Origin: the human T2T-CHM13v2.0 reference genome, Homo sapiens
Length of the DNA stretch: 64,000 nucleotides
Direction: 5' to 3' (one strand)
Assembly: GCF_009914755.1 (NCBI RefSeq)
Contig: NC_060927.1
In this document: positions 63,810 to 64,000 of the stretch, in pieces
How positions within the stretch are numbered: the first letter of the stretch is position 1
Layout: each line of letters starts with the position of its first letter
The notes under the pieces: generated by a model
The model's input: only the letters and a program-made list of their open reading frames with translations
Told to the model about the DNA's origin: nothing
Databases searched by the model: none
Program-made: the position numbers and the translations under genes

Positions 63810-64000
63810 AGCTATATAATCAGTTACTTCCCAGCAGTATGCCATCAGTTCTTATTGGTTGGGCATCCACTCTAACTGGTTATTGAATTTGGTAGACCAT
63901 GCATCAGCCTTGTATAAGAAGGATAAGCAGACTGATTGACAGATAGAACAGTGGATGACAGATAAATTAGATAACCGACTAGCTAGCTAACAAATTAGAT

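Overview
Primate (very likely human) genomic DNA with no protein-coding exon, RNA gene or CpG island that I can support. It reads as intronic or intergenic sequence built largely from interspersed repeats: about 40 Alu copies or fragments (many with recognisable target-site duplications, TSDs, and several nested or tandem), solo LTRs (MER21, MLT1/LTR16-like), DNA-transposon MITEs (MER2, MER58A/B, Tigger3-like, MER53, Charlie-like), old L1M/L2/MIR fragments and microsatellites. The supplied ORFs are Alu-derived, low-complexity or chance ORFs. The LTRs and most L1 fragments point the same way (+), which suggests a long intron of a gene transcribed on the - strand; I cannot name that gene. The best leads are two minus-strand polypyrimidine-CAG|GTGAGTG junctions about 30.6 kb apart that resemble recursive splice sites, an FXN-like A15(GAA)6 tract in an Alu linker, a (GGAA)12(GAAA)14 microsatellite, a palindromic MER53 and a canonical G-quadruplex motif. 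I found no convincing novel biological system. Repeat families were recognised from memory of consensus sequences, so subfamily calls and old-repeat boundaries are approximate.
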